The notes beneath the pieces were generated by a model that worked only from the letters and a program-made list of their open reading frames with translations, had not been told where the DNA came from and made no database searches. From the NCBI GenBank assembly GCA_016933055.1, contig JAFGBS010000009.1, positions 180,001 to 212,000 of the forward strand: a stretch of 32,000 nt of DNA, written 5' to 3'. The translations under genes and the position numbers were made by a program. Below are positions 27,755 through 32,000 of the stretch, in pieces. Source of the DNA: Promethearchaeota archaeon (GTDB taxonomy: Archaea; Asgardarchaeota; Lokiarchaeia; Sigyniarchaeales; Promethearchaeaceae). Every line of letters begins with the position of its first letter. The first letter of the stretch is position 1.

Positions 27755-28615
27755 ATGGCTAATCATTACCGATTTTTCGACTATCCCCCTACAATGAACG
27801 ATCATACACAATTTATCCTTATAGGGATCCCATTTGATGGAGATATGACTCAAAACCGGGGAATATGCACGGATGCCCCAGATGTAATCCGAAGAATCTC
27901 TCTAGATTTATCTCTTACATCTGAAAGTGGTATTGATCTTAATACACTGCACATGGCGGATGTGGGAAACGTCCGAAAGGATATCACTGAACCAGAATTA
28001 ATCCAAGAAATTGGGAAATTCCTTGAGAATTCTCATCATACCGTACCCATTTTTATTGGGGGAAGCCATAATATCACCTATTATACCATAACTTCTCTAC
28101 TTCAACAACAAAACATACCCAACCTGCACTATATTTCGTTAGATGCGCATTTGGATTGTTATGATGAATGGAATGGGAACAAATATACTCATTGTACAGT
28201 AACACGGAGAATTTTTGAAACCCTAGGATCAAACTCAAAACAGGTATATGTAATCGGTGCACGGGACATTGATCTTCCCGAATTAGAATGGGCACATGAG
28301 GTCAACCTACAATTTTTCCGGATGTATGACACACTTAAATTTGATACGTCAATCAAAGATAAACCTCCGGTTTACCTCTCGGTGGATATAGATGTATTCG
28401 ATCCCTCGGTTGCTCCTGCTACAGGTTACCCTATTCCTGGTGGGATTTCTTACCGTGATTATCTAGAATTCCTACCTCAGATTGTGCAACATTTTACTAT
28501 AGTAGGTTTGGATTTCGTGGAATATTCCCCAATACTCGACTTACCAAACAAGATGACCGCGTTTCTCATCGCAAAATTAATTATTGAAACCATGGTTGGA
28601 ATAAAAAAAAAGTAA
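27755..28615 (+). CDS. speB: Agmatinase (arginase/ureohydrolase family)
   Basis: GIPFD, GGSHNIT, DAHLD, SVDIDVFDP..APATG.P..GG and VEYSP; directly follows pdaD. Confidence 0.9.
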   Translation: MANHYRFFDYPPTMNDHTQFILIGIPFDGDMTQNRGICTDAPDVIRRISLDLSLTSESGIDLNTLHMADVGNVRKDITEPELIQEIGKFLENSHHTVPIFIGGSHNITYYTITSLLQQQNIPNLHYISLDAHLDCYDEWNGNKYTHCTVTRRIFETLGSNSKQVYVIGARDIDLPELEWAHEVNLQFFRMYDTLKFDTSIKDKPPVYLSVDIDVFDPSVAPATGYPIPGGISYRDYLEFLPQIVQHFTIVGLDFVEYSPILDLPNKMTAFLIAKLIIETMVGIKKK

Positions 28616-28629
28616 ATCAGAAAAATTGA

Positions 28630-30033
28630 TTATAGTTTACTTTGTTTGATTTCGTCCAAAATTATTTTGTTTTGATCGATTCGCTCTTTTCTCAATGGCC
28701 AGAAATACAAGCAAATTAAAGCTACTACTAAAATAACTACTGGCCATAACCCGATTAAAAATCTCACTCCTAGTTCACCCATAGGTCCCGTGTCACGGAT
28801 TTCCCACTCTCCCCATCCGGTACCTGTAAACACAAATGCAATTACTGCAAAATTTATACCTGTAGAAAACCGATTAAAAAATGCAATTACTCCATAATAT
28901 GCACCTTCCCTTCGCACACGTAACCCAGAACGTGCGGAATCATCATCAATTACTACTGCAATGCCTTGGTCATACAAATATAAAGAGCCACCAAGCCCTA
29001 CTCCCATGACTGCAACCAGAATGTAAGTTAACAATGCGTCATTTTTTTGCGGGATAAATGACATGATTGGTAAACTTATTGCCCAGAACGCTATGGAAAG
29101 CATGTAGGCTTTTCGAATTCCCAGTTTTCTCTGTAAATACATCCACAAAGGAGTACTTAACATTCCGGTTAACAACGCAACAAAGATGACAATTCCGCTA
29201 TCTACATTTTCGATAACAACTTCTGCATAAAATGGTACGATTGTCGGAAGAATATTGTAGACAATAAAGACCGCAAGGGCTGTGATAGCATAGAGAACGA
29301 ATGCACGATTCTTTAGCGTAATCCTAAATGATTCCTTCCAGGTAGGTGCATTTTCTGCATCTTTTGCAAACTCCTTTCGTTCGAAGGAACCCCAAATGAA
29401 CATGATTGCAATTGTTACAAATACCACTGCAGCAGCAATTATTCCATTGAGTAGGAATTTAGCAGGGGCTTCGGGATCTCCTTGATTAATAAGATCCCCA
29501 ATAATAAATTCTGGAGTTAGGAATGCGATCAGTAATCCAACAATAGTGAAGACTGAACGCCATAATCCCACTCTTCTACGGTCATGATCTGTTAAAAACA
29601 TCTCTGGCCAGAGTCCGTTAAAGTTAACCGTAAACATGGTAAATATTAGATCGAATAAGATTAATACGGCAAGGAGGTAGACCATTATAGCTAAATCTGT
29701 ACCTTGAATAAGGTTACCAGGGAACCATAAGATAATCATTAACAAACAAAGGGGAATCCATGAAATTAGAACATAGATTTTTCGTCTTCCCCATCGAGTC
29801 TTAGTCCGATCGGAAATTACTCCTATCATGGGATCATCAAATGCGTCCCAAATACTATACATAATCCAAACCACCGAAATCATCCATGCTTGTAATCCAA
29901 CATGAGTTAAATAATATGCAAACCCAAGAAACATGAAATTCTGAAGTGCCAAATTATCTGCAAGCGTTCCAAACGAATAAGCTATTCGTGTAAGGGGTTT
30001 AGTTTCCTCTGGTCTTTCTGTTATGCGCATCAT
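28630..30033 (-). CDS. GPH-family (MFS_2) glycoside:cation symporter
   Basis: WDAFDDPMIGVISDRTKTRWGRRK, DD...G.RREGAYYG and about 12 TM helices. Confidence 0.9.
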   Translation of the reverse strand: MMRITERPEETKPLTRIAYSFGTLADNLALQNFMFLGFAYYLTHVGLQAWMISVVWIMYSIWDAFDDPMIGVISDRTKTRWGRRKIYVLISWIPLCLLMIILWFPGNLIQGTDLAIMVYLLAVLILFDLIFTMFTVNFNGLWPEMFLTDHDRRRVGLWRSVFTIVGLLIAFLTPEFIIGDLINQGDPEAPAKFLLNGIIAAAVVFVTIAIMFIWGSFERKEFAKDAENAPTWKESFRITLKNRAFVLYAITALAVFIVYNILPTIVPFYAEVVIENVDSGIVIFVALLTGMLSTPLWMYLQRKLGIRKAYMLSIAFWAISLPIMSFIPQKNDALLTYILVAVMGVGLGGSLYLYDQGIAVVIDDDSARSGLRVRREGAYYGVIAFFNRFSTGINFAVIAFVFTGTGWGEWEIRDTGPMGELGVRFLIGLWPVVILVVALICLYFWPLRKERIDQNKIILDEIKQSKL

Positions 30034-30156
30034 TTTTTTTTCACTTTTGATTTTTTTTTTTTTTCATTATATGCTCAATGTCTGAAAAACATGAAATTCT
30101 GTAGCATTTTCATGTACTATTTTTTTTTGTTTTTTTAATTCATTCTTTTTTAGAGA

Positions 30157-32000
30157 CTAGATAGGTTCCCCAAGATCATGGAGGAATCCTGCATCAAGTT
30201 TTCGAAAAACTTCTCCGTATTTTGCACCAAAACTTGCTCCTATTTCACCATAATAGGCACGAACTAAGATATTGACTCGAATTGGATTGGGAATATCCTC
30301 TTCTAATAGATCAACACGCAGATTATTAGCACGTGCTAATAGTTTTCGTTGATGGAACCAATTTTTCATAACAGTTTGGTGCTGAGAAACCGCATTAATT
30401 TTCGTATCGATAACATCAGTAATATCCAAATGGAAATTTATCACTTGCGGGTTCAAATTTTCCGCAAATAGGTATCTCTCTCCGACAGTATGAATCTCTA
30501 ATCCTTCTTTGAAATGGTGTCGATAATAGGAATCAAAACTAGCCTGCCAGCAGGCATCATTCACCACTCTTGCAGTGATGATGTGGTCGGGATTCTCCTC
30601 ATACAGTGGTGCGACGTCAAAAGTTACTACCACATCCGGTTTATGGATGCGGATTAATTTCACGAAAATTTCACGAAGAATTTCATAATCGGCCGTATAT
30701 AACGTATCGGAAGGATAGTCTAAGTGGATGGTTTTTTCAGCTCCCAAAATTGCATATGCTTTTTCCGCTTCTTTACGGTTTCTGTTAATTGTTTTTTCGG
30801 GAGTAAGTCCTACCGAGTCTCCATAATCATCAGTTATTCGAACGCAAATGAGTTTATTTCCTTCATCCGTAAGTTTTGCGAGTAATCCTCCGGAAAATAT
30901 GGTTATATCATCTGCATGTGGAGACACCGCCATAATGGTCTTGTATTTTAAGATATCCCTAATTGCTTCTTGAATTGCATCCGATGCAGCTAATCCCATC
31001 GATTCCATTTCATGTCCCACAAAGTTTTCCTTTGTTTCTGGTTTTAAAAACTGGACTGGGTCTAGATTCCATTCCTTTCGGGGAATAAAATATCCCACTG
31101 AATCATTTACGTGACTCATGATGATAAAATGGTGATCAGTGTATTTTTCTAACAATGGATTGATTAATCCTGGAAAAGGTTCTCCTGGAATAGTTAATAA
31201 ATGTAAATTTCCGATTCGAATCTTTCCAATAGAACTACGTATTACATTTTCTTTAACCATCCTTAAATTAAAGATACCTAAAGTGTTTAATAAAGAAAAA
31301 TCATCGTTTTCTAAAGGTAGATCAACATGACGCTCTCGAATTTCAATCTTATTCGATTCTATATTGCATAAATTTTTAGAAATTCGTTGCAGTCCAGCAA
31401 ATACTTCATTTGCCAAAATTTCCATTTTATCGTAGCCTTGTTCCACGTAAATAGGAGTTTGAGATCCACACAAACCTAAAGAAAATAGTGCAACTCCCCC
31501 CATTGATTGTTCAATTTTCATACTAACTAGTCCGGGATAATCTCCTGAGATCTGGACATTTTCTCGGGTAGTAATTTCAGGTTGAGCTGGGAAAGTCCAT
31601 AATGTGCCTATAATTTCGTCTCCTTCTTTAAATTGAATCAGGTTAAGAGTGTCTTCTACGAGATTCTCAAGCCGAAAATTTACAATTAATTCTTTAATCG
31701 ATTTTGAACCAAAATATATATCCACAGATCTTAGTGATTGCAATGTCTGTTCCACGCTTTGGATAATTTGATGGCGCAAGAATAGCATATATCGGGAATT
31801 GATTCCAGATTTTCCAATCAAGGGACCCCATAATCCCATAGTATCAGGACCTGCATGAGTATGCGTAGAGAACACGAAAATTCGCGACTTTTTAAGTCCC
31901 AAACCTACAAGATCCGCTTTTACTAAGGAAATAAAATCTTGAAGCAATCCTACGCACTCTACGGAAATTAAAACAATCCGTTCTTTATCATCATCTAACA
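30157..32000 (-). CDS. Fusion protein: neutral/alkaline-ceramidase-like N-terminal region plus PIG-L/LmbE-family de-N-acetylase (5' end outside window)
   Basis: The frame stays open to the window edge (..DDDKERIVLISVECVGLLQ..). STHTHAGP, ISGDYPG and IPGEPF..NDSVGY are ceramidase-like. AVSPHADD, G....R..EA..A..ILG and NPDH are PIG-L-like. Confidence 0.8.
   Translation of the reverse strand, partial: LDDDKERIVLISVECVGLLQDFISLVKADLVGLGLKKSRIFVFSTHTHAGPDTMGLWGPLIGKSGINSRYMLFLRHQIIQSVEQTLQSLRSVDIYFGSKSIKELIVNFRLENLVEDTLNLIQFKEGDEIIGTLWTFPAQPEITTRENVQISGDYPGLVSMKIEQSMGGVALFSLGLCGSQTPIYVEQGYDKMEILANEVFAGLQRISKNLCNIESNKIEIRERHVDLPLENDDFSLLNTLGIFNLRMVKENVIRSSIGKIRIGNLHLLTIPGEPFPGLINPLLEKYTDHHFIIMSHVNDSVGYFIPRKEWNLDPVQFLKPETKENFVGHEMESMGLAASDAIQEAIRDILKYKTIMAVSPHADDITIFSGGLLAKLTDEGNKLICVRITDDYGDSVGLTPEKTINRNRKEAEKAYAILGAEKTIHLDYPSDTLYTADYEILREIFVKLIRIHKPDVVVTFDVAPLYEENPDHIITARVVNDACWQASFDSYYRHHFKEGLEIHTVGERYLFAENLNPQVINFHLDITDVIDTKINAVSQHQTVMKNWFHQRKLLARANNLRVDLLEEDIPNPIRVNILVRAYYGEIGASFGAKYGEVFRKLDAGFLHDLGEPI

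Noticed and set aside
135-31330. About 30 short ORFs in the track that overlap longer genes (e.g. 135-404, 4521-4847, 7323-7604, 10715-11014, 15448-15762, 17820-18164)
   Set aside because: They are antisense or alternate-frame shadows of genes with clear family motifs and have no recognisable motifs of their own.
1-32000. CRISPR arrays, tRNA/rRNA genes, transposases, integrases, and in-frame UGA (selenocysteine) read-through
   Set aside because: No regularly spaced repeats, T-loop/cloverleaf signatures or DDE/tyrosine-recombinase motifs were seen. The identified genes appear complete without stop-codon read-through.

Overview
AT-rich, gene-dense archaeal chromosomal segment. Archaeal ribosomal proteins (uS2, eS8, eL34), ether-lipid enzymes and an archaeal CdhE establish the domain. 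The GPH-family MFS transporter, C45 hydrolase, large glycosylated surface protein and low GC suggest an Asgard archaeon, probably Lokiarchaeia; that assignment is inference, not proven. About 29 CDS are present. They include a pterin/C1 cluster (MptD, DUF447, DUF1464, dihydropteroate-synthase-like), cooC plus an Fe-S protein plus a lone cdhE, GH32 and GH127 glycosidases, and a five-gene ether-lipid operon containing a CTP-dependent lipid kinase and a small unknown protein. Also present are a PPP phosphatase, an M42 peptidase, an Hrq/MrfA-type helicase with an aberrant motif II, pdaD-speB, an MFS transporter, and a 5'-truncated neutral-ceramidase-like/PIG-L deacetylase fusion. No tRNA, rRNA, CRISPR array, transposase or integrase was recognised. 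The strongest leads are (1) a candidate ~220-nt structured ncRNA at ~24455-24676, (2) the lipid kinase embedded in the GGGPS-DGGGPS-GGR operon, and (3) the ceramidase-PIG-L fusion. All family assignments come from motif recognition by eye; no searches or folding programs were run.
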